From positions 124,001 to 188,000 of the forward strand of contig DF236999.1 of assembly GCA_000708835.1 (NCBI GenBank): a stretch of 64,000 nt of DNA. Direction: 5' to 3'. The stretch's first letter is position 1. Each line of letters opens with the position of its first letter. The DNA comes from Klebsormidium nitens (Eukaryota; Plantae; Klebsormidiophyceae). A model generated the notes under the pieces. That model was not told where the DNA came from and did no database searches. It saw only the letters and a program-made list of their open reading frames with translations. Positions 34,654 through 48,122 of this stretch are shown here, in pieces. The position numbers and the translations under genes were made by a program.

Positions 34654-37600
34654 CTATTGATGCTGTTGGTACTGCGGCATACCGTAGTTATGTACCTCCT
34701 GCGACTGGTGCCAGACCGGAGGAGGTCCCTGCAAATGCCCCGCCCCTAGTTCGTTCGCAACCTGGGCTCCAGGCGGAGCATAGTGCCCTGGCTGCGGCGG
34801 CCCCTCGACCCTCTGCCTCTTAACACCTTCCTGAAACGCCGCGAAATTACCCAGCGTTGCCAGCCCCTCCTGACTCAGCGACGAGAACGCTTGCAGCAAG
34901 TCCGCGGGGTTCTCGATCGCCGCGAGGCTCGCCGCGAAGTCTGCGGCCGACACGTCTTGCCCCCCCGGGGGAGCTTCGCTTACACCCGGGGCGTGGAAAG
35001 ACTGGTACGGTAGAGGCTCTGACTGGTAAGGCTCAGGCGGGGGAGGCGCGTACTGGGCTGGAGGGGTCGCTGTGTAACCGGGGGGGAAATTCCCGGTCAT
35101 TCCAGCTTGGGTAGGGGAGTACATCTGTGGCTCGTGAGTGCCCGGGGGGTCCTCCCGGGCGCTTGGGTTCGGCGCCGCGGCGCTGCCAGCCTCAAGCCGG
35201 CTTCGTAGTTGCTCCGCTTGCTGGGTACATGCGGCGGCAGCCTGGGAAGTGGAGCAGATGGGCACAGTCACGGAAGGCACCACAGAAGCTCACCAACGGC
35301 AGGGATGAGGAGGGGCAGACGGCGAATGTTTCTTTTACTGGATCATCAGGAAACTTCAATCGTGCATGGCAAGCAGGAACAACCGGTTTAACATACCAGG
35401 ACGTCCGAAGCTCTCAATTGGCTTCGCTCGTACTCGTTCCGGTAGGGGAATCCAAAAAGGCGGCCTATTTGGAGACACCCGGAAATCCAGTCATTGCAGG
35501 GAAGGCAAACGAGATGTCTCAAAGCATTATTTTGGGGCAACATGTCGGTGTGCGCGTGAGGCTGCTCACCTTCACTTCGTCCCGAAGAGCGGTCCGCTCA
35601 GTTTCCTGTGAGAAGAAAATGCAACCGAAGCTCAGGAACGTGCGATACGCCACGCTTTCGACCTCCATTTGTCAATGCACGTCTGCTCAGCATACTCAGA
35701 ACCCAACAGACGCGTTCTCGAAAAAGAACAGCATTTACAACCTCGAGTAGTACTTGACAACTAATGTTAGAACTCTCGCAAGTTCGCAACCAGAAACCGT
35801 CAGATCGACAGATCGTTGTCCGCTCATACCGTTGTGACACGAGTGCAGGACACCACGCAAACGAAAGAACTGCCATCGCTTCGACGTTCACCTGCTTTCG
35901 AAGCGCCTCTGAAAGCAGCGTGATCGTGTTGGTGCGCTTCGTTTCAAAGGCCCGGAGCCGGTCCGTGCTGCGGCCCAGGGCGGCCTGCTGTGTCCGAAGG
36001 TCCGACCAGAGAGACGGCGTCGGCGGACGCCCTGGACAGCAGGATATTACGGTGTCAATTCAAAACTGTGCTCTTAACACAGAGGCCTCCTTTCAAGCGT
36101 CTGAGGTGGATCTTTTCAGAATCTCAGGTCTGTTCAACCAAGTAAAGGAATGGGGGAACCTACAAGTACTGAGTGGACTTGTGAGTTAACAAGCATTCGA
36201 GAGTGTTTCGAGGCGACGTTGCAATATCCCCCGCCTTCCCGACCGAGTGATTAGGAACGTTTCTGCACGTAGGCGCTCATCATGCAGACGCTAACCCAAA
36301 ACGAGGCAGACTCCACCGGCTCACTAAAAGAAGTTCAAACGCTGGCTTACAGTACCTTGCTCGCCGAAAGGTACAAATACTTCTTCAGCTCTTGCAATGG
36401 TCGAACCCACGCCAATCGTCGCCCCGCTACCAAGCATAACATTGTGACCAGGATACGGCCGCAGGAAGCTGCAATTGGCTGAAGCGAATCGTGAGCTTTG
36501 AATCTTACCCGCTACAGCGGCCGCCTCCGCCTGCTGTTGCAAGTCCCTGGCAATGCGGGTGGCTGCGCGGCTCTCTTCAAGGGCCTGCTTCTCCTCCTCG
36601 GATGCGTCGTGCACCGCCTTCAGGCACGTGATTAGCGCAGCGTATGCAGGCCCCGCTATGCTCTGCAGAGACGACGCCCGTAAGAAGCAGCGTTTCGTGT
36701 CTGCCTAGATGCACAGCATCGAGCGCTAGAGAAGCTGAGGCAGAGACAGCTGTGTAAGCTGTACGACAACCAACGGCCGACTCGAGGCTGGTGTCGGATG
36801 CGCAATCGGTTGCACCGACCCTGGGGGCTTAAGGGACTCGGACACGAAAGTTTTCCTGGCCGGTATATGTCGTAAACCACATGCAAACGTCTTGAACGTG
36901 TACCTGAAATCAAAGCCTCGCTGTGCTATTTATGACCCCGACGCTTTCTCCAGTAGACAGTCGGATCAAAACCAAAGTCAGGGCATTACAACTACCCCCA
37001 TTGTAATCTAGTTGTGAACGACCTGGGTTCTTCAACGTCGTCGACAGTAGCAGCCAAGCAGGCAAGCCCCTCCAGAGAAATCTTCCGGGTGAGCGCATCT
37101 TTCGACGCAGCAGTCTCGGCAAGAAAAGGAATCCAGATAGCGAAGTCTTCTGAAGCAGCCCAGCTCTTCTGACCAACAATGGCAGTATGGCCCGCACAAA
37201 CACTGGCCAGCGGAAGATGTCATTGTCAAATGACTGAAAAAGAAAGCCTTCAGCCCACCTTGATACTGGGAGACCTGCTGAGTGCAGGCGCGGCTCCCGA
37301 CACCCCCCGCGGGCTCACAATCTGGAGGAGGGTGGCCCCCTTGCTTCCAAACACTTTCCGCTCATCCCAAATCTTGGCCTGCAAGGAATCAAAAAGGTGC
37401 ATAAATAAGCCGGTCTTGGCAAACCTGAACTCTCAGAGAGATTGCGAAGATGGCGATTGGGCGGGCAGTGACTCCTCTGAATCATGTCGTGTGCAGGACA
37501 TAACTTTCCTGGATTTTTCATGGGAGTAAGGAGTGATCCAAGCGGGGGATGATTGATTTACTCGCCGACGTCCTGTTTCTCAGCTTTGGCCTGACTTGAC

Positions 37601-38783
37601 CAGAAAACTCACCAGACGTGCCACAGCTTGCTGTAGAGCCTGGTCGCCATTGCTGCAAAGAATAGACAAATCAACAATATAGGATAGAGAGTGGGGCCCC
37701 GAGTAAGGAAGAGGGGCCTCAAGCTGACTAGGCAGAACCCACAAACTGGAATACATTCAGACTTCGTTGGAGTTCACAGTCAGATTGCCCAGAGATCTTT
37801 TTCGTAGTGGTGCTTCTGGGGCAAGGCAACCATAAGAGAGATGTGTTCCATTGCTCTTACTTTTTCTTGTCCGTCAGTAGTGGGGGCAGCACGGTCCAGA
37901 ACTCGTTGACGAACTCGGGGCCCTTCTTGCGGCTGTTCTGGAGGATGTCGTTTGCCAAGTACAGCAGAGTGACCTTGCGCTCCGTGGGAGCTGCATTACA
38001 TTTGACATTATTTGGATTTCAAAGAAGACGTAGTTCATTGAGCAGCGGGACTGCAAATTCCAGACTTGGGGTGAAGTAACTTTTCCAGAGTAATGCTGCA
38101 TTGCTAGTAATAATGCTGAAGCGTTTGACATCAACACACCATTCCCCAACTGGGCTGGCACCCACTGGAGCCCCAACCGCCAGGAAGAATGGGCACTCAT
38201 CAAAATGATTTTTGATTGGGGGATTTTGCTTCACATTTTCAGCCTATCTATTTTCAGTCAAATCCAAAATTGTAGAAACGACTTCGACCCTTTTGAAACA
38301 CGTGGGTGACGTGCGATGGTTACCTCGAGTGAACTCCTGACCCCATATCTGCACCACCTGCTTGGACCGCTTGGCCCGGTGGAAGCAGCACCAGTGAGAG
38401 AGAGCTGGCCTTGGGTCAAGGACATTGAACATAAGGACTTGCAATGTAGGCTGTAAGATGACATACGTACTCGAGTGCATTGTACCTAATTCAACACAAT
38501 TCTGTCAAAGGAGTGCACTGCAGAACAGGTGATTTTGATGAGCGAGGTCGGAGAGCAGCCACAGCGTAATGAACCAAAATACGCCGAGGCTGAGCATCAG
38601 TCAAGTGCAATCAAGCACGCAATCTCAGTGCCAACTATCATTGCAGAGCAAAAGTAGATAAAGCATGACACACCACCCCATCAGAGATGCAAACTGTGGG
38701 CTGAGGATACTCTCAATGCTCGTCTGCGAATTGTTCAGCTTGGACAGCTTCTCCACTAAAATCTCCTCATTGAACCCGTCCAT
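34654..38783 (-). CDS. CTD-interacting domain (CID/RPR) protein, RPRD1A/B-like
   Basis: MDGFNEEILVEKLSKLNNSQTSIE|TLSHWCCFHRAKRSKQVVQIWGQEF...ERKVTLLYFANDILQNSRKKGPEFVNEFWTVLP...AKIWDERKVFG, then coiled-coil exons and a Pro/Gln-rich last exon ending MPQYQQHQ*. Confidence 0.92.
38405..38710 (-). other. U12-type (minor spliceosome) GT-AG intron, intron 1 of the CID gene
   Basis: 5' splice site GTATCCTCA (consensus RTATCCTT); branch site TCCTTGAC (38422-38415 on the minus strand) about 10 nt before the AG; no polypyrimidine tract; splicing gives IE-T-LSHW in frame. Confidence 0.8.
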
Positions 38784-39834
38784 CTTGACTTCGCAGATGT
38801 TTCTGTTTCCTCGTGTGCCCTTTCAGCTGTTCTGTCCTGTTCACAAAGAAGGACAAGCAGCTGCACTTCGCGGCATGCGAACATGAACATTCGCTGAACC
38901 CAATGCTGGCATTGCTGGGAATTCTCAGTTCTGACGAGCTCCCAAGGAACTAGGTATGAAGGGACTCTCCACGTGCGGATGTGTCTGCAGGTCTTCATTC
39001 TACCGGAGCCGTTGGATTCTTTGATCGCTATCGGTCGGACGGCTCAATCATGTTCGTCAGCTAGCACTGACTCAGCCTTGTGCGATCATTACTGAACTTC
39101 TCAGCACACGCCATACCTAGAATAATGCCCTGTTTCTACATAAAAGGCCGTTTGTCGTCGAAACCGGTGAATTTGGTGACGGGAGCGCGGGCAAGTGTGG
39201 CAGAATCTTTTGACGGATTAGCACGTACAGCACTTTATCGAACTAAATCTACGGGCGTTTGGCAAGGCCGTCGAAGATGTCTTACCGGGAGGTCTCAATT
39301 GAGCGACCTTTCCACGCAGTCCCTCTGTCGTCGGATTTTACAACTCAGGGCACGGTGGATGAAAGAGAGTTCGTCGCCATCAGTTACCTACCGTAATTTT
39401 ACCAATCGGTACAATTAGTTTGATTGACCTCCCGGTAGACTTTTGAGATGCAAACCGACCACTATACCCCGTCCAAAAGCTATCCGGCTACCCGGTAGCT
39501 CAGCTCGGTACTTCGTTCCGCGCTTCCGGCAACCTTGGTCCCCGGCGATCTGTAGGCGAAGTTCAGTATCACATCGTAGATTCTTTATACTAACGGCCGC
39601 CTAACTTAGTAAATCAACGCTCATACATCACATATGTGCCAACCTGCATTGGGGCCCGAACTATCTAGAATGCATGACATGTGAACTATTAAGATTTCAC
39701 TTCAATGCATCAAGTACGTGACGGGTATACAATCTGCAACTCATAAAACCATCCTTTAGGCGCCAGTTATGTACGCTTGGCCCGCGGCGATCGAAGGCCA
39801 CGAGGCTCAACAAGCGTCGGATGCATACATGTCG

Positions 39835-39906
39835 CGAAGCTGAGTCACTGTGACGCCGGGCCACGCAAACGTTTGCGTGGCCCAGCGTCACAGTGACTCA
39901 GCTTCG
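39835..39906. repeat. 72-bp near-perfect palindrome (36-bp arms, no spacer, one mismatch)
   Basis: CGAAGCTGAGTCACTGTGACGCCGGGCCACGCAAAC|GTTTGCGTGGCCCAGCGTCACAGTGACTCAGCTTCG. Confidence 0.95.
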
Positions 39907-40307
39907 TACGCATGTCGTCTCAAGACTCGATTATTGAGAAGATCCAAAAGTGCAATGCTACTCAGTGCATAATTCTGCATACATGGCAGGAGGACTGAAT
40001 GAACATGACGTCGTGCTCAAAAGAGACCTCCTTTTCAAGCAACAACTGAACTGGCAAGCCCTTCATCTGAAAAATATTTGGTCCTTGAAGCCATCAATGA
40101 TCGTCACCCGGTTGGGTCAAGCCGACTAAACTCTAGCCGTTGTAATGCCATCGAACATACGGCAACTCCGTCCTAATTTACAGTCACCTACCTTGATCAA
40201 CAACGCTTTGGTACATATTGGATCTCTATTTCGCACGTTCGAAAGGCGCAGAGCTTCGCCTCTCTTGCGTTCTGATGGAAGGGCCTCGAATCCGGAAACG
40301 TCTAGGG

Positions 40308-43300
40308 TCATGTGCCCAGATGCTTCTTAAGCCACTCAGCTGCCGTTGCCCATTGGTCGAACTCAGTTTGTGGCCTGCAGAAGAACATCTCGTTAGGTGT
40401 CCGTTCAACAAGGAAGGACACGAATCTTCTGACATGACTCAGATCTCACCCTTGCTCAATTGAAGATCAAAACCGTTTACGTAGACAATGGGAGATGCGG
40501 CAAGGCGCCATGAGCCCTGGCCAATACCTCGTCCGCTCTAGGATGTCGACAGAGGGACTCAGATTGCCATCGGAGACGAGTGATCATACAAGACGGAACA
40601 ATGGAGCAGAGACTCACTTGTCGAGCGCGTGCGTGTCCTCTGGGAAGATGACGACCTTTGACTCCAGGCCGCGGGCTCGCAGTGCATGGACGTACTGCAC
40701 GGCAGGAAAGAGGGGCGGAACATAAGTATCGACAAAGCAACCGGCCAGAAAGATGGATAAATCAATCAAGCGCTTAACAGTAAGCAGACGGCAACCAACG
40801 GATGCGAGGGGCCAGTCTCAGCCGATCGTGTTTGAAGTCCGTTTCAGCTGGATCTGCCGCCCGCCTTTCAAGAGGACGAGAAGGACTGGCTCGTAAGATA
40901 TAGCAATCTGCTTTCAAAAGCAGAGTTCACTTGCATTGCCACTGGTGGATTGCCACTGGTGACAGAGAGCCTTTCCATCACGATGCAACTTCGGCAACGG
41001 TTTTCGACACAAAATGTTTTTCTTCCAAGCAATTCAAATGGTCAGAAGAAGCGCCTGCTTTTCTACATGCACCCTTCCGCTTGGAACGATTTGGTGTTCT
41101 AAAGATGGTATATTAAAGAGGCAACGTGGATTCTCCAGGTCATGAGCGTTGCTACGGGTGACAGTGTCACGGAAACGTAAAGTGGGCCTTCACCGACCCG
41201 CAGAATGCGCGCAAAATCCCATGAACACCTGTCCACAGAGCACGTCAAGAGCCCAAAAGAGATCGGATAAGGCGAGCTGAGAGAGCTTTGCAGAGCATAA
41301 CAGCTTTCAATTCGCTGCTCGCCAAAAGGTCGAAGAGAGAAGATTTGCCTGAATAGCAAGAAGAATACGGAAGAATACGGTGAGCGTACCTGGAGGCCCT
41401 GCGCGAGGGGCACCCGGCGATCCTTCTCCCCAAGGAAGAAAAGCGTCGGGACTTTGACCTGAACGAGAAAAGCAACAGCGGATGCCTTAGCAAGGAGGAA
41501 AAACTCGTCGGTTGACATCAACCGAAAAGGGCACCACTCTTGACTGGACTCTTGCGCCGATCCCTCGGTGTTGGCGTCAGCTTTGCTTCCCCGTGACGGC
41601 TTCCTTTGCGAGCTGAGGGATCGAACTGAAGCTGACCAAGACAAACCCTGACGTCTCCTCCAAACTCCTATCCCAGCGCGGCGGCGAAAGCGCGACGATT
41701 GCACATTCAAGTCAGCTTTCACGCGCTGATACTATTCTCTCGCACGACATGCCAATGAGCTTCCATGGACCAGCGCACCGCGCGGGGAGACGCTCACTTT
41801 ATCCACGTGCGCGATGGGCGACTTTTCGTGCAGCGCCTGCAGGTCCGCCAGCGTCGGGGCGTCCGAATAGGACGCGATGCCCTTCCGTCCGCCGTACGTT
41901 TCGACGAAGCACCAGTCCGGAATATCGCTGATGCCCACCTAGAGGCGGAAGCAGAAGTTGAACATGTGCCCGTCCTAAGTCCCTTCGTTTTGCTTTGGAA
42001 CCACGATCGGAATCCCATAGCGTCTGCGCAAACTTTGAATCATCTTCTTCCTTATCAGAAAAGCGATACTGGGGATTCTTATGAAGAGTGCTGTGTTTGT
42101 CTTCCTTCACTGGACCGGCTATTTTCAGCGGGCGCCGTCAGTTCTTGTTACGTCTTGCTTTCAAGATCTAGACACGCAGAATGAGCGGAACACATGCTTG
42201 ATACTCCGCAAGCCGAGTGAATCGCTTATCTTAAGGCCACTCGAGAACCGGCGTATTTACAATTCTTCTCGATGCGCGCGACGGTACAACCTGTCACAGA
42301 CTTCCTCTGCTTGACAGAAAGCACGGCCTTGTCGCGGCGCTCTCTCAACAACCATTGGCTGCAATTCTGTCGCTCCTTCCTGTCGTCACATTTAAAATCC
42401 CGTGTTGTACTAAACCAAGTACAACACGAGAAAGCAAAGGTACGTTACCCACAAGTTTCTTTCTTACCGTTCCCGGATTCAAAAACCTTGAACTCACCAT
42501 AGACGAGAGACTGGTGACCGGGTTCCGCAGCACCGCCGTCTTGAACCGGTCTGGCGCCTGGCCAATTAGGTGCGTCCCCAGGAAGGCCCCGTGGGATCCC
42601 CCGATCACAGCAACCCGGTCAGGGTCCGCAAGACCCCGTTGCAGGGCGGCATCTAGAGCGGCGAGGTTGTCGGCCACGTCCTGAGAGCCGATGCGCCCGG
42701 GGAGGGACTGCAGGGCGTCCTCGCCAAACCCGGTCGACCCCCTGGAAAAGTGAGAAATGCAAATCTTACAGTTGCGAGGGGCAACGGCCGTACTGGGGTC
42801 AACATCAATGCGAGCTCATCTGTCTGTTTTGGAAAGTGGATGCACCTCTCTTCAAAAACAGGGTCAGGATGCGCTTGCTGCAGCCGCACACGTCACGTGC
42901 TCAGTACGCCTGGAAATTTCCATGGCCTCAGCGCGATTCTCTGCGTTTCCACCGACTTGGAAAGCCGGACCCTCAATGAAAAACCTTTGCATATTATCCT
43001 GAAAGTAAAGCACACACTTCGAATCCCAGCACAACCCAGTGAACTCCAACAGAAACATTAGTTTCAAGGACGGTCAATGACATTGCCATGGCGACGCAGG
43101 AAAACTTTTGGCTTCCTCACCTGAAGTTGACGTGCAGCACCTTGAAGCCCAGCGCAGCCAGAAACGCGTACGACATGATCCAGGACGTCGGGATGGCGCT
43201 GTGGGGTCCGCCGTGGGGGGCCAGCAGCAGAGGTGCGCTGCCTGGGGCGTCGTTCCCCGAGGTAGACTCGACCAACACGGCGTCAAACGGCAGCTTGGCG

Positions 43301-46300
43301 CCTGCACACGCGAGCAGGTTAGTGCGGGGTTACGGGCGGGTTACGAGCAGGTTATGCTCAAGGTTGAGAAGTGGTTGTAGCGGCATGGTCGTGGCTAGGG
43401 GCGGCTTGAGAAAGTTGATGAGCGGATTGGGAGCCGGGTAAGAAGGTGCGCGCAGACTGAGCGTCTTCTGCGCGTATTGCGTGCTGATACGGCAGTTAAT
43501 TCTATTTTATTAACCTCTGCCTCCTTGCTAATGGGTACCGTCATGCGAGACTCCGGCGAAGCTTTCAAGACACAGGCACAAAGCGAAGACTCAATCAGGC
43601 CGTACAAAGTAGAGGTCCGTCAAAGGAAACGAGAGGAAACCTGCTTCAGGAATGAAGAACAACAAATCTTTGTATGTGCAAGAATACTCAAAATTACCAA
43701 TACTTGATGCTCAGGACTAAGACCTACCAGCCGGCAGCTCGTCGCCTGAGGGTGAGGAGGGTACGGGAATCTGGAGAACTTCAAACCGGAGGGACCTGAG
43801 TGCCGTCTCGACCTGCAGCAAACCACATGTCTATTCTCCACAAGTCCCACGAGTGCCAGCTGCACATGGTATTGGAGTTGCTTGGAACGCTTGTCTCTTG
43901 ACCCTTGCGCTAGCAATACGAACTCTTGTGTCCCTAATGATTGCTGTCTCTACCAGACACGTGTGCAAGCCTGAAAGCGCCGCGATAGAAAGCTCAAGTA
44001 CTGTCCAAGAGCATCGGCTATCTTTGAGGATAATTTGTCTACTGAATCTGCTTGGCCTTGAGAAAGTTTCCAGCCCGTTCGGATTGGGCATATTGGCTCA
44101 AAGCGCCTTCAAGGGCCTCAACTGGCCATTCAACAAGAGGGATGTAAAAGGATCGGAACAGCCTTACACAACTCTAATTGATTGCGTCATGGGGAAAACA
44201 CAGTACATCTGCAGGCAGCTTTCGTCCCTTCCTCGTGACGCTCATCCGATCTGCGACAAAGCCGAGACTAAGAAATCGATCAACGTACCTTTTCGGAGAA
44301 CGGCACTGCTGCTGGTGGCGCGTCCTCGCGTTCCCACGCGCCCGCAGCAGAGGGCCGGAACAGACGCAACACGGGCGGCCGACTGGGAGAGCTCTCCGCT
44401 GCATAACGGTCGACAAAGTTAAGGACACGCTGCGGTCGGTACGCCTTCGCATCTTGGGGCGGTTGTCTACATGAGGGGTAGAGGAGAATTGTCTTTCAAA
44501 TAGACATTAGGAGCGTGCTTGATAGAGCGAGGTGAACGACGAAACGTTCAAGCAGTCTGGACAGGGAGCACCAAAGGAGATGGAGCGAATCTTGACACTT
44601 CTTGGATTGCATTTTTGTGACGAACCGATTGGGAACCACTAAACGGGTCACCTGCCTCGCTGTGCCAACCTTGACCTCTTCGGAACGAGACACTTTCTCG
44701 GACCCAAAGCCATCATAAAGTCGGCGACGGATGGGAATGCCTCCCTCGCAACACCCATCCACTTCTATCTCAACCTTCTCGATGGGTACTCTCGACTCGT
44801 GAAGAACACAAAGCGGCCGCCTGCATATGCATCTACAAGAAAGCGACCATTCGAGAGATAACTGCTCACCAGCGGCAATCAAGCCTGGAGACACATCGAG
44901 GAGAGATACCGCGCAGTCTGCCGTCGATGAGACGCATATCCGTGTCAACGCTTCGTCATCTTTGCTGCACAATGCCCGAAAGGAACGCGATCGGAAACAA
45001 GCATGTATAAGTGCAGTTGCCGCGCCGTCGGATGCGGACACCTTCTAACGAATTTAGCTTGCCACCCTCTCTTCGCGGCAATTATTCTTCCTCGCTGCAT
45101 TCATGACGTGCCTTCGTATACTCCCATGAGCGTTCAGTCGCCGTCACAGACAGCATCTGAAGCAAGAAACCGCACGAGCCGCGATCTTCATCTACAATAC
45201 ACCCAGAGGTACAATGAGAGTCAACAAAAGCCGGCGGCGACTGACCGGGTAAGATCGACGGAGAGCACTGCCGGGACGCTTCGCCAGGCGGTGCTCAAAA
45301 TGACCGTTTTCCCGTCCGCCAAAAAGGGCCGCCGCGGCAGCTGGAGACAGTACAGCCCGGGGAAGTCGTGGACGTCCCTCGGGGCGCCCTTCACGTCGAT
45401 CTGCGCGAGGTGACGGCTCGTTCTGTGGTTGCGGAAAAGCGAGAGGAAATCCCCTCTTGAAGCCGATAAAGCCGTGTGTTGATTGGTAGCTCTGGCTTCT
45501 GAGAGTATAACACCCTATCAGCGTGACTTTTAGAGCGAACCCTGAAACTTCGAAAGCATACGACGGGACGGAGCAGGTTATGGAAAAGAGACACAGCGAC
45601 GACGTTTTAATCATTCAAACGGGCGGGCTCTCGGCGGGTCGCCTGATGCACTCACCACGGTGGTTATTTGAGCGCCCTCATTGTGAGGCCAGGGGATGGT
45701 GTGCAGGGAGTTGGTGGCGTTGTGTGCGCCGCTGTCGACTGCAGCGCGCGCCGAGAGGAACACCAGCGTACATCCGTCCGGACTGCAGAGGAGGCAGGAA
45801 CACGTGAGCGAGCTCGAATTGTCGGCGCTTTTCAAGACAAAGTTTTGGAGCTGGCTTGAGAGAAGCCGTATCGAGATCTGCGTTCCGCCCTAAGCATCTC
45901 GATCTGGTATGTGAGTCTTTTCGTGGGCTTCGGTTAAAGGATGCATTGCTGGGAGCCAATATAAGCCCGCGCTAACATTTCCGGTGCACGCGTGATAGAG
46001 TACAAGCGATGGAAAAGGCAAACCGAGGCTGACCTGAAGCGAGGGGAGAAGGCGCTGCTGATACCCGGCGTGAGCTCGACCGCAGAAGCGGTGGCGGTGT
46101 CTTGAGTTGTGCTGGCAAAGACAACAGTCCAGTTAGCTCATGACGTATGTAAGTGGTTCGCTTTGAACCACATGACAGCATACTGTTGAAGAGAACCGAG
46201 GCTCGTCTGTGAGCACCGGGTTGAGACGGGGGCAGCAGTCCCCCCCTGAAACAATATAAAAGGATCCCAATATATTCCAATTGACCAGGGAACTTGATGG

Positions 46301-48122
46301 TGAACTATGCGAGTCTTGAGCAAAGTTTGAAATCCAGCAGGTGAAGCCGACATACTAGCCGGCTGCTGCTGAAAAATGGAGGAGTGGGTTCAGGAGGCTG
46401 GGTGTGTGTCAGGATATTCCAAGTTCAGCCAACTGACCTGCCAAACGACGGGGCGCCCGCAGCAAACAGGTAGCAGGGCCGGTTGAAGCAGTAGATCATG
46501 CCCAGCTTCTTGATAGTCTGGAACTGCTGGCCCTTCACTTCCCATCCCACGAAAACGACGGTGCCGTCCGGCGCATTTTCCGACGGTGGCGCCCATTGGA
46601 CCTGCCCGGCGCTGAGCTCAGCGGGGATCCCTCCCACGGGTTTGACGGTCTTGCTGCAGCGATGAGGGAATAGCTTATAAAGGCACTCAAAGTAGTTTAT
46701 TCATCACGTCGATTTCATGAACAGCAAGATTTGCCTTCCTAAGCAGGCCGTTCTTAATCACCTCTCAACTGTCGGGAGAATATTGTATCATCTCCTTGAA
46801 TGGAGCTCTGAGTGGGATGTGTAGATCAGGGGGCAAGGCATCAAGTACCTTTTTATGTCCAGGACATAGACCAATGGTCGGTGCTTTCCGGTATACTTCT
46901 CCCCCCAGTCCTCCACCCAGTCCCCTCTCCCTTTCCATGTCCCAGCGTCGTTGCCTGCCGCTTTCTTCTCCAAATCCTCCGTTCCCTTGGCGGCTTGCCT
47001 CCGACCATACACAGGTCTCTCTGGCGCAGGCTCTTCAGCAATGTAGACTACTCGAGTTTCGTCCTGGTTCCAGGACACGCCTTCGAACCTGACACATCAA
47101 AAAGCAAAGTAGAGAAGAATGAGCAGCCATGGAGGTCCATGATCAGCCTCTACAAGGTGAAAGCAGATAACCCCCGTGAAAGAAGTGTCAAGGGCCCACC
47201 TGCTTGTCCAACAAACTATCAAGTGCCCCAGCCGCAGACAAAGTGAGCTGTCCAAGGAGGAATTTTTACTCTCGTTGAGAGCGACAAACGCCACCATTCG
47301 ACATACAATGCACCACATTTGTGGATGCAACGAGACGTTCTCCCCTTACCAGCCATCGTTGTAGACGCTGCCGTGCGTGCTGGCGGGGACAAAGACTTCG
47401 TGCACCAGGCGCCCCTGGCCCCAGATCTCCAGCTTTGTCGGCCCTCCTGCTGTGCCGTCCTTTCCAGCTTCACCATTGCGAACAAGGAGAGTGTACTCTC
47501 CAGAGGGAGCTGGGACAACAAGTGCCACCCCAGAAAGCTCCCAGGGGAAGGGTGACCAGGAGGGGGCGACAGGTGGCGTGCTTTCATTGGGTGTGGTTAT
47601 TGTGGATATGAACTTGCGGATAGTGTTGGCCGGCAGATTGCGCTGGACTTGTGACACAAGTACGCTTGTCAGTGGGGCTCCTGCAAACAATGATCGCTCT
47701 TTTATGAAGTTACCGCAGGGGAGGTCTAGACTTGGCGACTGTCAGTGAATAGGGGGGAAGCGATTGGGGACGGTGGACGCCAACGGTTTGAAAGTGCGAT
47801 GAGCCTGACTCACTTCGAGTCTCTGATGGAACAGCACCTTTCACGCTTCAATCTTCAAGGGTGGTGTGTGATCGATTCAAGAAAAAAGCAGGCCGCAAAT
47901 GACTTTTCATACTTCAAGCAGAGGAAACTTCTGCAGAACAGGGCAGATCAAACGGCCTTCTTGTCGATGGCATCCCTGGTACATACCGTGCTTGCTGTTG
48001 CTCAGAATCCAAGCTCTGTCGATCTGAGGAATGGACGCAAAGCCTTCCAGCAACTCCAACGTGTCCGCTTCCTGTGTTTCCAGCGGCTGCCCATTTGTAT
48101 CCTCACTTTGCGCAATTGCCAT
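40308..48122 (-). CDS. AARE: Acylamino-acid-releasing enzyme (acylpeptide hydrolase, peptidase S9C), multi-exon
   Basis: N-terminal beta-propeller exons (GSVYNDGW|FEGVSWNQDET, EDWGEKYTGK, KKLGMIYCFNRPC); HGGPHS; catalytic VIGGSHGAFL (Ser), LGEKDRRVP (Asp) and FPEDTHALDK (His); last exon KPQTEFDQWATAAEWLKKHLGT*. Confidence 0.95.

Noticed and set aside
43853-45041. ORFs 43853-44422 (+) and 44496-45041 (-) as a nested gene or transposon
   Set aside because: They overlap true AARE exons and ordinary introns, and show no transposase or other domain motif.
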